Of a stretch of 64,000 nt of DNA, positions 18,693-29,053 are shown piece after piece. Under the pieces are notes generated by a model, which saw only the letters and a list, made by a program, of their open reading frames with translations, ran no database searches and was not told where the DNA came from. The stretch lies in the NCBI GenBank assembly GCA_963666975.2, contig CAXVYR010000004.1, positions 2,016,001 to 2,080,000 of the forward strand, given 5' to 3'. Origin of the DNA: Terriglobia bacterium (GTDB lineage Bacteria > Acidobacteriota > Terriglobia > 2-12-FULL-54-10). The first letter of the stretch is position 1; every line of letters starts with the position of its first letter. Both the position numbers and the translations under genes were made by a program.

Positions 18693-19724
18693 TTACTTCG
18701 GTTGCGGGACCGAAGGTTCGGGCTGGGATTCTTCTGGCGGGACTTCATCCCCGTAGGTCACCGTGATGGTGCTGCGGAATTGCTTGTAATCTTCATACCG
18801 CACAATCATGCGAATCCGCTGAGGGCCGCTGCTGAAATACAGGGTGTCATCCGCGCCGGTCCATGTGGGAAACCAGTATTTGCCGTCGATCTGTTCGCGG
18901 TAGGTCTCAAACCGGGGAAAGAGGTTCTCCTGGCCTTTCTTGCGGATATCCGGAACCGCCTTCCCGTAGGTTTTGACGATTTGCAGATCGCGGTCGTCCA
19001 CCCAGATCTGTCCCTGGAAATACCGCTCGCCCTTTTCCATTCTCTTGGGAACCACCATAAAGACATAGGTGCTCAGCTCATCGACTTTCTGGCGGCCCAT
19101 ATACTTGACGTCGTACTTGTGCAGGTCGTCGGTGGTCAGCACGAAGGGCTGCACGCTGCGCAGGTCCCGCTCATCCTCCGGGCTGATACTGATGGCGCGC
19201 AGAGTGGAGAGCGGGGCGTAAGCCACCTTCTCAAACCGTTTTCCGTCCTGGGTAAACATGATGTCTTCCTCGACGTGGAAGGTCCCCCTGACCTCGCCAT
19301 CCGGGGAAAGCTCCTGCACCTTTACAATTTGGCGGTAGGTATAGTTTTCGCGGGCAGTCTGGAATTCCTTTTCCTTCGCCGCAAAACGCCGGATAATCGC
19401 CTGGACATCGGGAGCATCGGCCTTGGATGAAGCCCCGCTGGCCGCACCGGGCCCGGTGGATTCAGGCGCCGGGGGCATTCCTTCCTGCTGTGCGCCCGCC
19501 TCCAAAAGCATAGTGGATGAAGATATGGAAGCTATGGATACCAGCCAACCGCAGAAAAGCAATCTCGCCGCTCCCTGCCGCAATAGCCCTAAAATGCGTT
19601 GTGCTGCCAAAGCTGTCTCCTCCCGCTTCTGTCCGGTCTGTTCATTCTCCATCGAAACAGGCCCGCCGATCAACCCCTGGAAACTTGTCCCTCGACCCGC
19701 CTGGCCCGGAGAAGATTTCTTCAC
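18693..19724 (-). CDS. Conserved exported hypothetical protein (beta-rich; true start may be 19652 or later)
   Basis: Hydrophobic leader; RYFQGQIWVDDRDLQIVK and YREQIDGKYWFP motifs. Confidence 0.75.
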   Translation of the reverse strand: MKKSSPGQAGRGTSFQGLIGGPVSMENEQTGQKREETALAAQRILGLLRQGAARLLFCGWLVSIASISSSTMLLEAGAQQEGMPPAPESTGPGAASGASSKADAPDVQAIIRRFAAKEKEFQTARENYTYRQIVKVQELSPDGEVRGTFHVEEDIMFTQDGKRFEKVAYAPLSTLRAISISPEDERDLRSVQPFVLTTDDLHKYDVKYMGRQKVDELSTYVFMVVPKRMEKGERYFQGQIWVDDRDLQIVKTYGKAVPDIRKKGQENLFPRFETYREQIDGKYWFPTWTGADDTLYFSSGPQRIRMIVRYEDYKQFRSTITVTYGDEVPPEESQPEPSVPQPK

Positions 19725-19794
19725 CGCTTGATAGGATGCGGTTACCCAGCAATTCGTTGGATTTTATTTTGCAGGTTCAGGCGCCGCCGGCCCT

Positions 19795-20574
19795 TCATTT
19801 GCGAAGAATGCAGACGAACCGATTCAAGCTGAAAAAGTACGTATGGTTGTCAAAGGCATCGCTCAACTGCCGCAACCAACGCCCGACTTCCTCCTGCGTG
19901 CATTTCTTCGAACGCAACAGATAGTCCCGGATGACGTAGCTCAGCGGCCCGCCGTACCTGCGGGCTGAATATTCGTCGTTGTGGATCACGTAGTGGTGCA
20001 GCTCGATTTGCATCGCGCCGGCCTGCTGGCAGAGCGAGTACAGGCGTCGCCCGAACCAGCCGTCGCCGTGATGGTCGGAAAAACCCAGCGTTACTTTCCG
20101 CTGCAACTCTTTGTCCAGGATGTTGTATACCAGCGTGTCCCAATCCGTTTCGGCGATGAACACCCTGCCGGCCGGCTTCACCACCCGCAGCATCGCCCGA
20201 ATCACCGGGATAGGGTCCACTGTATAGCCGAGCGCCTGCGTACAAACCACACCGTCGAAACTGTCTTCCGGAAACTCCATCTCCTCGACGGCTTTCAGTT
20301 GATATTCGATATTCCCGGCGGCCGCTGAAGCGCGAGCTACGGCCAGCATGGCTTCACTGTTGTCAATCCCGACGATCTTTCCTCCAGCCCCCACCATCTT
20401 GCTAAGCGCCAGGGCGTTGACGCCGGTTCCGCATCCCACGTCCAGCAGTGTTTCCCCAGGCCGCGGATCAAACCAGACGCGGTACTGCCGCTGCATTTCG
20501 CGAATGTCGTCGGATTGATAAATCAGGCTGAGCTGTTGCGCTGTTTTCTCGTCAAAGGAGAAAGTCGCAGCCAT
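19795..20574 (-). CDS. Class I SAM-dependent methyltransferase (UbiE-like)
   Basis: LLDVGCGTG, GIDNSEAML, FDGV, RVVKPAG, ETDWDT; GGAGG RBS. Confidence 0.88.
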   Translation of the reverse strand: MAATFSFDEKTAQQLSLIYQSDDIREMQRQYRVWFDPRPGETLLDVGCGTGVNALALSKMVGAGGKIVGIDNSEAMLAVARASAAAGNIEYQLKAVEEMEFPEDSFDGVVCTQALGYTVDPIPVIRAMLRVVKPAGRVFIAETDWDTLVYNILDKELQRKVTLGFSDHHGDGWFGRRLYSLCQQAGAMQIELHHYVIHNDEYSARRYGGPLSYVIRDYLLRSKKCTQEEVGRWLRQLSDAFDNHTYFFSLNRFVCILRK

Positions 20575-20790
20575 CCAGGCCTCCTTAGTTTGTGGGAGAT
20601 GCCGTTCGCGGCCAAACCGCTTGAAACCCACGCCGGAACACCCCGGATGGCAAAGGGTGGAACACGGCCTCCCCCATACCCTCCGTGCTGCCCGGCGCTC
20701 TCCGGCTCAGAAAGCATGCCGCGCTACTGAGCCGGGCGGAAGGAGCCGGTTTCGAATTATTGGAGAGGTCCACCAAGGTCCACCAGGGGG

Positions 20791-21420
20791 TTAGGCCCCG
20801 GAGTCTCCGACGCGTTCGATGGTCAGCTTTTCCAGGACTACGGGCTGGAGCGGCCTTTCTTTGTTTTGAGGGTCCTTCTGGACGCGTGCGATCTTCTTGA
20901 CGACATCCAAGCCCTCGATCACCTGCCCGAAAATCGTGTAATCCTCATGCGAAAGCCCCGTGGCAACATCTGTAATGAAAAACTGGCTGCCGTTGGTATT
21001 GCGACCGCTATTGGCCATAGCCAACCGACCGGCCTTATCAAACTTCAGATTGGGCGAGGACTCGTTCTGAAACTTGTAACCCGGCCCGCCAGTGCCCTGC
21101 CCCAAGGGATCGCCTCCCTGAATCATAAAATCCGGGATGACGCGGTGAAAGATGGTCCCATCGTAGTAGCGGCTCTTCTTCTTCTCACCCGTCTCCGGAT
21201 GAGTCCATTCTTTGTTGCCTTCGGCGAGGTCCACGAAGTTCTTTACCGTGACGGGAGCCTCTTTCTCGAAAAGCTCGATGACGATGGCCCCCTGCGATGT
21301 TTGGAAAGTCGCGTAGACTCCCGGCTTCCGCTGTTTTTGTCCCAGTGCTGATGGCGACAAGACCCCCGCTAAAGCGATCAGTCCGCCTAAACTCAGTAAT
21401 AGAGAAATCTTTTCATTCAT
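20791..21420 (-). CDS. ppiA: Cyclophilin-type peptidyl-prolyl isomerase with signal peptide
   Basis: FHRVIPDFMIQGGD, AMANSGRNTNGSQFFI. Confidence 0.93.
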   Translation of the reverse strand: MNEKISLLLSLGGLIALAGVLSPSALGQKQRKPGVYATFQTSQGAIVIELFEKEAPVTVKNFVDLAEGNKEWTHPETGEKKKSRYYDGTIFHRVIPDFMIQGGDPLGQGTGGPGYKFQNESSPNLKFDKAGRLAMANSGRNTNGSQFFITDVATGLSHEDYTIFGQVIEGLDVVKKIARVQKDPQNKERPLQPVVLEKLTIERVGDSGA

Positions 21421-21601
21421 AAATCCTCCCTAATCCTCCCTGCCGGTCCGGCCCGATTTCGTCCCCGCCTCAGAAACCACCTGCGGCGACCGGCTCCGTG
21501 CCCGGACAGTATATGTGTTTTTTTTGAACCGAGTTGGCAGAACAGAGAGGCCACCTCAGTCGGGCCATTCTAAATCATTTCACACCCAACAGCCCCCAGG
21601 C

Positions 21602-21631
21602 ATTATCCCGGCCAGCAAAAAGGCGTGTCAA
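21602..21631 (-). promoter_or_regulatory. Sigma70-like promoter for the cyclophilin gene
   Basis: TTGACA-18 bp-GATAAT on the minus strand. Confidence 0.45.
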
Positions 21632-21798
21632 CCAATTTTTCCCCCGGCAGCCTTCCGGACGCGGTATTTTGGGGAGCGGCCAGCGGATAGGGACTTAGTT
21701 TCCTCCCTTGCGGTTTTACTTGCGCCAATTCCGATTGCAAGCCCGTCACAAATTGTTTAATATCTCCCGAAAGAACAAAGGCCGACGGACCTGATGGA

Positions 21799-22833
21799 AT
21801 GCAGAGAGCGCTCCAACCAGTCAACGAACATTTCAGCCGGCCGCAGATTCGGCGTATTCTGGGCATCAGCGCATATCTGCTGACATCCTGGGAACGCCAG
21901 GGGCTCATCCAGCCTGCCCGGCCTTTGCAGCCGGCGACGGCTTCCAGCCTGTACCCGGAGCGTTCCGCCCGGCAGAGCCGCTCTTCGAGGCCGCCAGGCC
22001 GTCTGTACACCTTCTCCGACATCATCACCTTGAAGACGCTTTTGGATCTCCGGCGGAATCGCGTTCCGCTGGCTTGCATCCGCTCGTCGCTCGCTTCGCT
22101 GAAGGAGAAGCTGACGGGAGTCGAAAATCCTTTGAGCGAGCTGCAGATCAACAGCCTGGGACGGCGGCTGGCCGTCTATTTCCAGGGCGCCCGGATGGAG
22201 CCTCTTTCGGGCCAGTTGTTGTTCAATTTTGAGCCGGACAAAAAGAAAGGAAAGCCTCACCCGCTGGGGCGGGCAGGCCAAGCAAAGAAGCTGACCGAGA
22301 CCGAAAAGCGGGCGCGCGCCGAGAACTTCTTTCTGGCGGGGCTGCGCTACGAGGAACAATTGGAAACCATCCCGAAGGCTATTCGCGCCTACCAAAAGGC
22401 CATCGAGTTCAATCCGCAAGCCGTGGGAGCGTTGATCAACCTGGGCACCATCCACTACAACTGCGGGGAGCTGGGCGAAGCGGAACGGTGCTACCGGACT
22501 GCCCTCTCGATTGATCCGGGTTACGGGCTGGTGCATTTCAACCTGGGCAACGTCTTGGAAGAGAAAAATGACTTGGAACCGGCACGGCAGCACTACGAGC
22601 AAGCTGTTCTCCTGGGTCCGGGGTATTCCGACGCGCACTACAACCTGGCCCTGGCGTACGAGAAGTTGGGGCTGCACGGCAAGGCCCGCCAGCAATGGCG
22701 CTCGTATCTGAAGCTCGACCCGCAGAGCCATTGGTCCCTCTACGCCCGCCAGCAGTTGGAGAAGACTCCGCTCCATATCGTCCGGCGCGAAATACCCTTG
22801 GACGAGGATTCGGAACTGACGCCAAGCCACTGA
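21799..22833 (+). CDS. MerR-like HTH plus TPR protein
   Basis: LTSWERQGLI..YTFSDIITL; C-terminal TPRs (ALINLG, VHFNLG, AHYNLA). Confidence 0.8.
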   Translation: MQRALQPVNEHFSRPQIRRILGISAYLLTSWERQGLIQPARPLQPATASSLYPERSARQSRSSRPPGRLYTFSDIITLKTLLDLRRNRVPLACIRSSLASLKEKLTGVENPLSELQINSLGRRLAVYFQGARMEPLSGQLLFNFEPDKKKGKPHPLGRAGQAKKLTETEKRARAENFFLAGLRYEEQLETIPKAIRAYQKAIEFNPQAVGALINLGTIHYNCGELGEAERCYRTALSIDPGYGLVHFNLGNVLEEKNDLEPARQHYEQAVLLGPGYSDAHYNLALAYEKLGLHGKARQQWRSYLKLDPQSHWSLYARQQLEKTPLHIVRREIPLDEDSELTPSH

Positions 22834-22854
22834 GAGTGTTTTCAGACTCCCCAG

Positions 22855-22874
22855 AAGCGGCCTCCCCGCTTTTT
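22855..22874 (+). terminator. Possible intrinsic terminator
   Basis: AAGCGG-loop-CCGCTT followed by a T-run, 20 bp after the stop. Confidence 0.4.
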
Positions 22875-22952
22875 ATGCTCTCGCCTGGACCAGGATGTGT
22901 CGGGATTTCCCTCCCGTCCCCCAAACCGCCGGTTCGCTGGTAGACTGTTAGA

Positions 22953-23666
22953 ATGGGAGAGGTCAAGGCGAACCTGCCGCCGGTAGTGGAGCTGATTCAG
23001 GCCAGCAAGTCGTATCGCGCAGACGGGAACGTTGTACACGCTGTGCAAGGGGCCGATCTCAGTTTGCCGGCGGGATCGTTCACTGCCATAGTAGGCCGCA
23101 GCGGGTGCGGGAAAAGCACTTTGCTGAACCTGGCAGGCGCGGTGGATTTGCCGACCAGCGGAGAGGTGCGGATTGAACAGCTCTCGACCGGAAAACTGGA
23201 CGACCGCGGCCTCAGCCGTCTGCGCCGGACGCGGGTGGGATTCATCTTTCAATTTTTCCATTTGCTCCCGACGCTGACCGTCGCCGAGAACGTGGAGTTG
23301 CCGCTGCTGCTCGGGCTCTCGGAGGACGGCTCCGGACCACAGGATAACCGGCGAGAACGGGTCAACCATTTGCTGGAAATGGTTGGCGTCCACGGGAAGG
23401 CCCGCCACCTCCCCCATCAATTGTCCGGCGGCGAGATGCAGCGCGTGGCCATCGCCCGCGCACTCATCAACGAGCCCAAAGTCGTGATTGCAGATGAACC
23501 CACTGGAAACCTGGACAGCGTTAATGCAGAGATTGTGCTACGACTTTTACGTCAAATCGCCAGAGAAATGCGTCATACTGTATTGATGGCCACGCACAGC
23601 CGGGAAGCGGCTGAATCCGCCTCCCATGTGGTCTCGATGCAGGATGGCCGCCTTGGAACACCATAG
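22953..23666 (+). CDS. ABC ATP-binding protein (LolD/MacB-type)
   Basis: [25 protein letters not shown]. Confidence 0.92.
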   Translation: MGEVKANLPPVVELIQASKSYRADGNVVHAVQGADLSLPAGSFTAIVGRSGCGKSTLLNLAGAVDLPTSGEVRIEQLSTGKLDDRGLSRLRRTRVGFIFQFFHLLPTLTVAENVELPLLLGLSEDGSGPQDNRRERVNHLLEMVGVHGKARHLPHQLSGGEMQRVAIARALINEPKVVIADEPTGNLDSVNAEIVLRLLRQIAREMRHTVLMATHSREAAESASHVVSMQDGRLGTP

Positions 23667-23671
23667 ACCCT

Positions 23672-24241
23672 ATGCCGCACCTCAAGCAGATGCTTTATGC
23701 CCCGAACCAGCTCACGTTGCTTCGGCTGGTTTTCATTCCTCCTGTGATCCTCTTCATCCTCTACGGGGATTATTCGACAGCTCTCCTGCTGGTTCTGCTC
23801 GCCGGGATAACCGACGGGTTGGATGGCCTGCTGGCCCGCCGATTGCACCAACAGACAACGCTGGGCACTTATCTCGATCCGGTTGCGGACAAACTCCTGC
23901 TGAGCTCCTCTTTTGTGGCGCTTGGCGTGGTGCACGAGCTTCCTCTCTGGCTGCTGATTCTGGTTCTGAGCCGCGACACGATCATTATGGCAACGGTATT
24001 AGTAGTGGTTCTGACAACCTCCCTGCGGTCTTTCCAGCCGAGCATCTACGGCAAAGCCAATACCCTGGCGCAGCTCACCACAGTTGTTTTGACCCTGGCG
24101 GTTTTGCGGAACTCGTGGGAAGTCCTCAGATGGCTGCAACAGGCGGGAGTGTACGTGACAGCGACCCTCACGGTGGTATCGGGCCTCCACTATGCGTTCG
24201 TCACTGCGGAGAAGCTGCGCAGAATGGATACGGCCCCTTGA
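23672..24241 (+). CDS. CDP-alcohol phosphatidyltransferase
   Basis: PNQLTLLR, DGLDGLLAR..GTYLDPVADK. Confidence 0.92.
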   Translation: MPHLKQMLYAPNQLTLLRLVFIPPVILFILYGDYSTALLLVLLAGITDGLDGLLARRLHQQTTLGTYLDPVADKLLLSSSFVALGVVHELPLWLLILVLSRDTIIMATVLVVVLTTSLRSFQPSIYGKANTLAQLTTVVLTLAVLRNSWEVLRWLQQAGVYVTATLTVVSGLHYAFVTAEKLRRMDTAP

Positions 24242-24435
24242 AACAGCGCCCCGCGCGGGCTGGGCTTAGAGATGGCAAAGAAAGTAAGTGGATTGTCCTA
24301 TCGGTGGGAATCCGCTACGCTTTTTGAGGCGAACGAAGGGTTTCGCTGGATTTCTCAATCAATACGGAAAACAATAGAAAAATCTCTTCTTCATATATTG
24401 GAGCAGGACTTTTCCTCCGACAAGGTAATTGGCGC

Positions 24436-25824
24436 ATGACGAATGACGCTGCAGTCTGGGTCTTGATCGTCGACGACCAGGAGATGGTGAGGGGCTTGTG
24501 CGAGGAAGTGATCCTGTCTCTTGGCCACCGGACTTTAATGGCCGATTCGGCTGGCCGGGCGCTGGAGATCATCGAACAGCAGCAGGTGGACATCGTCATC
24601 GCCGACATCAAGATGTCCGGGATGAGTGGAATTGAACTGCTGGAGCAAATCAAAACCACCAACCCGCAGATTGAAGTGGTGATTATGACCGGCTACGCAA
24701 CTGTGCCCTCGGCCGTCCAGGCGATGAAGCTCGGAGCCACCGATTACATCACCAAGCCCTTTAGCGCGGAGGAGATCCGGCTGGTGGTGGAGCGGCTGGT
24801 GCAGACGCTGGAGCTGAAGGAGGAAAACCGCTACCTCCGGGAACAGTTGCGGTCGCGCAGCCGCTTTAGAAGCCTGGTGGGACAATCCCAGAAGATGCAG
24901 CATGTCTTCAAGCTCATCCAGAGGGTCTCTGTGAGCCGCTCCCCGGTATTGATTTTGGGAGAAAGCGGGACGGGAAAAGAACTGGTGGCGCGCTCCATCC
25001 ACGAAAGCGGTCCCGCGCGCGACAAACCGTTCATCCCGGTAGATTGCGGCGCTTTGGCGCCGACCCTGATTGAAAGCGAGCTGTTTGGATATGTGCGCGG
25101 CGCCTTCACCGGCGCGGTTCGCAGCAGAGAAGGGCTGCTGCAGTCCGCCAACGGAGGCACCGTGTTCCTGGATGAAGTCGCTGAACTCCCCGTCGAGCTG
25201 CAAACCCGCCTGCTGCGGACGATCCAGGAAAAAGAGTTCCGGCCGGTTGGCGGCAACAAAAGCGTCCCATTCAAAGCCCGTGTGATCTCGGCGACCAACT
25301 GCGATCTGGAAACAGCCATTCAACAGGGCAGCTTCCGCAAAGAACTTTATTTTCGCCTGAACGTGGTCTCCATTACACTGCCGCCGCTGCGCGAGCGAAA
25401 AGTGGACATTCCCTTGCTGTCCGAACAACTCCTTCACAAACTCTCCCTTGCTCAGGGCAAAGACATGGAAACCGCGCCCTGGACGCTTGCTCCGGAAGCC
25501 TTGGACCGCCTGCTGGCCTGCGACTGGCCGGGAAACGTTCGCGAACTGGAGAACTGCCTGGAACGAGCCATTACTTTGGGTTCAGGACCCGTCATCCAGG
25601 TCTCTGACTTGCCTGCGAACGTGCAAGCTGCTTATCCCAAAATCGGGGCAGGCGGTTCCGACAGCGTGATTCCGCTCGAGGAGATGGAACGGCAAGCGAT
25701 CTTGCGCGCTCTTGCCGAGGCCGGTGGCGACAAGTTACTGGCTGCCCGCAAGCTCGGCATCGGCAAGACGACTTTGTACAGGAAGCTCCACAAGTACCAG
25801 CACAAATTTGAACAAGGGGCCTGA
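24436..25824 (+). CDS. Sigma54-dependent response regulator (NtrC/ZraR/AtoC family)
   Basis: REC (VDD, DIKM, KPF), GESGTGKE, GAFTGA, WPGNVREL, Fis-type HTH. Confidence 0.95.
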   Translation: MTNDAAVWVLIVDDQEMVRGLCEEVILSLGHRTLMADSAGRALEIIEQQQVDIVIADIKMSGMSGIELLEQIKTTNPQIEVVIMTGYATVPSAVQAMKLGATDYITKPFSAEEIRLVVERLVQTLELKEENRYLREQLRSRSRFRSLVGQSQKMQHVFKLIQRVSVSRSPVLILGESGTGKELVARSIHESGPARDKPFIPVDCGALAPTLIESELFGYVRGAFTGAVRSREGLLQSANGGTVFLDEVAELPVELQTRLLRTIQEKEFRPVGGNKSVPFKARVISATNCDLETAIQQGSFRKELYFRLNVVSITLPPLRERKVDIPLLSEQLLHKLSLAQGKDMETAPWTLAPEALDRLLACDWPGNVRELENCLERAITLGSGPVIQVSDLPANVQAAYPKIGAGGSDSVIPLEEMERQAILRALAEAGGDKLLAARKLGIGKTTLYRKLHKYQHKFEQGA

Positions 25825-25991
25825 CCGATTTGGGAATGGGTTTCCACTCCGGCACTGTTCACGCTCCGATTCTAATCTTTCTCCGCTGTGCACAGCCAAA
25901 AGGATGTTTAGTTATAACGCTGAAAAGCCACTCCGGCTGACTTCCCGGGCATATAGCCATTGGAAGAGTAATTGCTACAAAACAAACTGCT

Positions 25992-26603
25992 ATGAAAAAT
26001 GGCGCGGATGTGAAAATTCTTATTACGGGGAGCAAAGGGAAACTTCGCGATGTGGTCATGCATGCCCTTTCCCGCGGCTCTGATTTCCGGGTCGAGACCG
26101 TTCCAGTGGGCTCCGAGCTGTTGGAGATGGCGCGGAGCAACTCTTTCGATGCCCTGATCTTTACCCTGAACAGCAAGAAGGAAATTAAACCGCTGCAGTG
26201 GATTCATCATCAGAACCGGTCGCTGCCTCTGCTGGCTGTCTTAGGCAGGACGAACCCTGGATTGCGGGAACAGTTGTGGGACGAAGGCGTCGCACAGGTG
26301 GTGGATATCCAGGGTCTGTCAGCGGCGCAGATTTGCCGGGAGCTCCGGGAAAAGCTGCTGGCCGCTCGTTTGGGGCTGGTGGAAATCGGGCGCTTCCAGA
26401 CGAAATTACTGGAAAATTTCCATCATGTCCGTTCCGTGCTCACCGCAATTCTGGGCAATGCTGAATTGGCCGCCAGGAAGTTTTCCCTCCCCCACAAAAT
26501 CGATGCGGAGTTGCAGGAAATCATCCAGGGAGTGAATCAAGTGGAGGGAATTCTCCGCTGCGTCGAGAGGAGCATGAAGGCGCCCGGCGCCTCATCGCAA
26601 TGA
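25992..26603 (+). CDS. Degenerate receiver-like domain plus HisKA-like helices, no ATPase domain
   Basis: KILI..FDALIF N-terminus without acidic pocket; HHVRSVLTAILGNAEL H-box-like segment. Confidence 0.55.
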   Translation: MKNGADVKILITGSKGKLRDVVMHALSRGSDFRVETVPVGSELLEMARSNSFDALIFTLNSKKEIKPLQWIHHQNRSLPLLAVLGRTNPGLREQLWDEGVAQVVDIQGLSAAQICRELREKLLAARLGLVEIGRFQTKLLENFHHVRSVLTAILGNAELAARKFSLPHKIDAELQEIIQGVNQVEGILRCVERSMKAPGASSQ

Positions 26604-26900
26604 AGCTTTCTACCACTGCGGAACTCGCCGCCGCGTGCTCCGCAAAACCCGTTTGAATGCCACGGCACGACGAACGGCAACAGAGCATCTTTCCATCTCC
26701 CCCCTCCCCGCCATCCCCCCGGCTTCCTCCCTCCCCGAAAAACGCACCTTTTCAGAAACGCAGCTAGAGAAATAAATTCACCCTGAAGTCCGGGCTGCCC
26801 TTATCATCGAAAATATGGAGGATATGAGAGAGGACGTGCGCACTGCCGCAACTCTGATCCGCGGACCGGGATTTCCCCCGATGAAACCCTGGCTGGGATC

Positions 26901-28019
26901 ATGGCTGGGAATACGGCTGTGAAAGTTGCCCTGGACGCCACCTACGCCGCCTACCCGGACCGGACGGGGACCGGCGTGTACTCCGAGCGGCTGATCTCGG
27001 CCTTGGCGGCCGGCCCGCTGGCCCGGCTGGACGCTGCATCCCGTCTGATCCTGTGCTTCCGGCTCGGACCCTATCTGCGGTGGGCGCGAAAAAAAAAGTG
27101 GCCCGAGCGATGCGCGATTTCCCCGCTGCTCGACCCCTGGCTGCCGCCGCCGCGCGCGCATCTGTTCCATGGCCTGAATCAGCGGCTGCCGGAAAGAGGA
27201 AAATACGCAGTTCGCGTGGTGACCGTCCACGACCTTTTTCCTCTCGCCTCGACCGAATACTCCACACGGCAATTCCAGCAGCACTTCACCCAGATCATCC
27301 AAAAAGCGGTCTCCCGCGCCGACTGGATCATTTCGGTATCCGACGCCACGCGGCAGCAATTGCTCCGCTACACGGAGGCAGCCGGCGGGCGGATTCGCGT
27401 GATCCACCACGGCGTCGATCCTCCGCAGCCCGCCGCGCAGGCCGAGCTAGATGCCTTCCGGGAACGCGTGCTCGGTTTGAGCAAAGAAGAAAAATTCTTC
27501 CTCAACGTGGGCACGATCCAAACGCGCAAGAACGTGGCTGGCATCGCTGCTGCCATGCAGCGCCTGCCGGAGTTTCGCCTGGTGCTGGCCGGAGGCGACG
27601 GCTTTGGAGCAGACCGGGTTCATTCGTTGATCGAAAAGGAGGGGCTAGCCGGGCAAATCCTCCGCCTGGGGCACACCTCGCCCCAGACGCTGCGGTTGCT
27701 CTACTCTGCGGCCACCGCCCTGGTATTTCCTTCTCTCGAAGAGGGATTCGGCATGCCGATCCTGGAAGCCATGAGCTACGGCCTGCCGGTAATCACCTCG
27801 AACTGCTCCTCGATGCCGGAGGTGGCGGGCGACGCCGCCCTTTTTGTCGACCCCGGAAATGTGCAGGAGATCAGCGATGCCATGCGGCGCGTGGCGGAAG
27901 ACACGGCGCTGGCTGCCGCGCTTGGCGAGAAGGGAAAGCAGCGGGCCGGGCAGTTCAGTTGGGAGAGATGCGCGCGGGAAACCTGGGAGGTTTACCAGGA
28001 AGCCCTGGGTGGCGAGTAA
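26901..28019 (+). CDS. GT4 glycosyltransferase
   Basis: TVHDL, RKN, FPSLEEGFGMPILEAM, FSWERCA. Confidence 0.92.
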   Translation: MAGNTAVKVALDATYAAYPDRTGTGVYSERLISALAAGPLARLDAASRLILCFRLGPYLRWARKKKWPERCAISPLLDPWLPPPRAHLFHGLNQRLPERGKYAVRVVTVHDLFPLASTEYSTRQFQQHFTQIIQKAVSRADWIISVSDATRQQLLRYTEAAGGRIRVIHHGVDPPQPAAQAELDAFRERVLGLSKEEKFFLNVGTIQTRKNVAGIAAAMQRLPEFRLVLAGGDGFGADRVHSLIEKEGLAGQILRLGHTSPQTLRLLYSAATALVFPSLEEGFGMPILEAMSYGLPVITSNCSSMPEVAGDAALFVDPGNVQEISDAMRRVAEDTALAAALGEKGKQRAGQFSWERCARETWEVYQEALGGE

Positions 28020-28038
28020 AGCACTCACCGTGGCTACC
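28010..28038 (-). repeat. Partial GTAG-family REP overlapping the GT4 stop; 21-bp direct repeat with 29034-29054
   Basis: AAAGCACTCACCGTGGCTACC at 28018-28038 and 29034-29054. Confidence 0.75.
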
Positions 28039-28067
28039 AGGACTCCAGCGGGGCGGTGTAGGTCACG

Positions 28068-28916
28068 CTATTCCACCTTCTTCCATCGGAGATGAACCGG
28101 CTCAGGCGATGCGCCAAGAAGAACAACATCTATCTCTCCGCCTATTCCAAATTCCGGTTGAACAATCTTAGCCATCTCCGAGGCAGCTTCTATGAGATTG
28201 TCTGCTGCGGCTTTCGCTTCTTGGGCTGAAACCCGTCGTATTGTACCTTTGAGAAGCATTTCGTCATGACGGGCGATGAGTTTTTTCCCTTCTCCCTGCA
28301 GAACATTCTTTTTAACGTAATCAGTCTCCCCAAAAAAGCGAGTGCATATGAGATCTGCGTCTCGAAACTCCTCAACCTTGAATTTTTGAATCGTCGGATT
28401 GAGGCACTTCGGTTCTATGAAAATTGCAAATGACGCAATAGTAGAGCACCTTCGTTCGCAATTGTAGTTCGCCACTACCACATAGCACAAATCCTTGCCC
28501 TCAAACTGACGGAAGTGTTCGGGCTCCTGGGCCGTAGCTTGCCTCACCGCAGCCTGACAATCTCGTGGTATCTCCTTTCGAACCATTTCTTCGTTCAGTT
28601 CTTCGGGACCTCTCTCAAGGCGGCTCTTGACCACGGAGGGAAGATCAAGCAGCCTTGGAGCAGTAGCCAAAGCATTCGTCAGATCCCCGGCTTGTTCTTC
28701 TGGCACATCATGCATCACACCAGTCCCAGGGACGGATATGATGGTCCGAAATGGTCGAGCGACTTCAACGATCTTGTAGTTGGTATCAGAGATCTGACAC
28801 TCAGTCTTCTTACCGAGGACTACACGACGGTGGACTGCACGACTGTCCGCCGCAACCACAAGACCCTCCGAATTTGAAACCAACACAACCAGAGTGCCAC
28901 TGACGCATTTGTACAT
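28068..28916 (-). CDS. Proteasome-beta/Ntn-hydrolase-like protein
   Basis: GGAGAGG RBS; MYKCVSG|TLVVLVSNSEGLVVAADSR (Thr1, Asp17), later KI motif, C-terminal GIGGEIDVVLL. Confidence 0.7.
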   Translation of the reverse strand: MYKCVSGTLVVLVSNSEGLVVAADSRAVHRRVVLGKKTECQISDTNYKIVEVARPFRTIISVPGTGVMHDVPEEQAGDLTNALATAPRLLDLPSVVKSRLERGPEELNEEMVRKEIPRDCQAAVRQATAQEPEHFRQFEGKDLCYVVVANYNCERRCSTIASFAIFIEPKCLNPTIQKFKVEEFRDADLICTRFFGETDYVKKNVLQGEGKKLIARHDEMLLKGTIRRVSAQEAKAAADNLIEAASEMAKIVQPEFGIGGEIDVVLLGASPEPVHLRWKKVE

Positions 28917-28938
28917 AGCCTCTCCAGTATTGGCAGTG

Positions 28939-29053
28939 GTTGCCACGGCAAATTTGCAGTTCCAATTTGCCGTGGGTTTGTAAAATCTGCCAAATGCCCA
29001 CGGCGAGGCTTGTCCCGAGCGAAGTCGAGGGGAAAAGCACTCACCGTGGCTAC
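28939..29053. repeat. REP doublet with a second repeat family nested in one loop
   Basis: GTTG-CCACGGCAAATT..AATTTGCCGTGG and CCACGGCGAG..CTCACCGTGG-CTAC; insert TGTCCCGAGCGAAGTCGAGG also seen inverted at 15941-15958 and 42319-42336. Confidence 0.7.
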
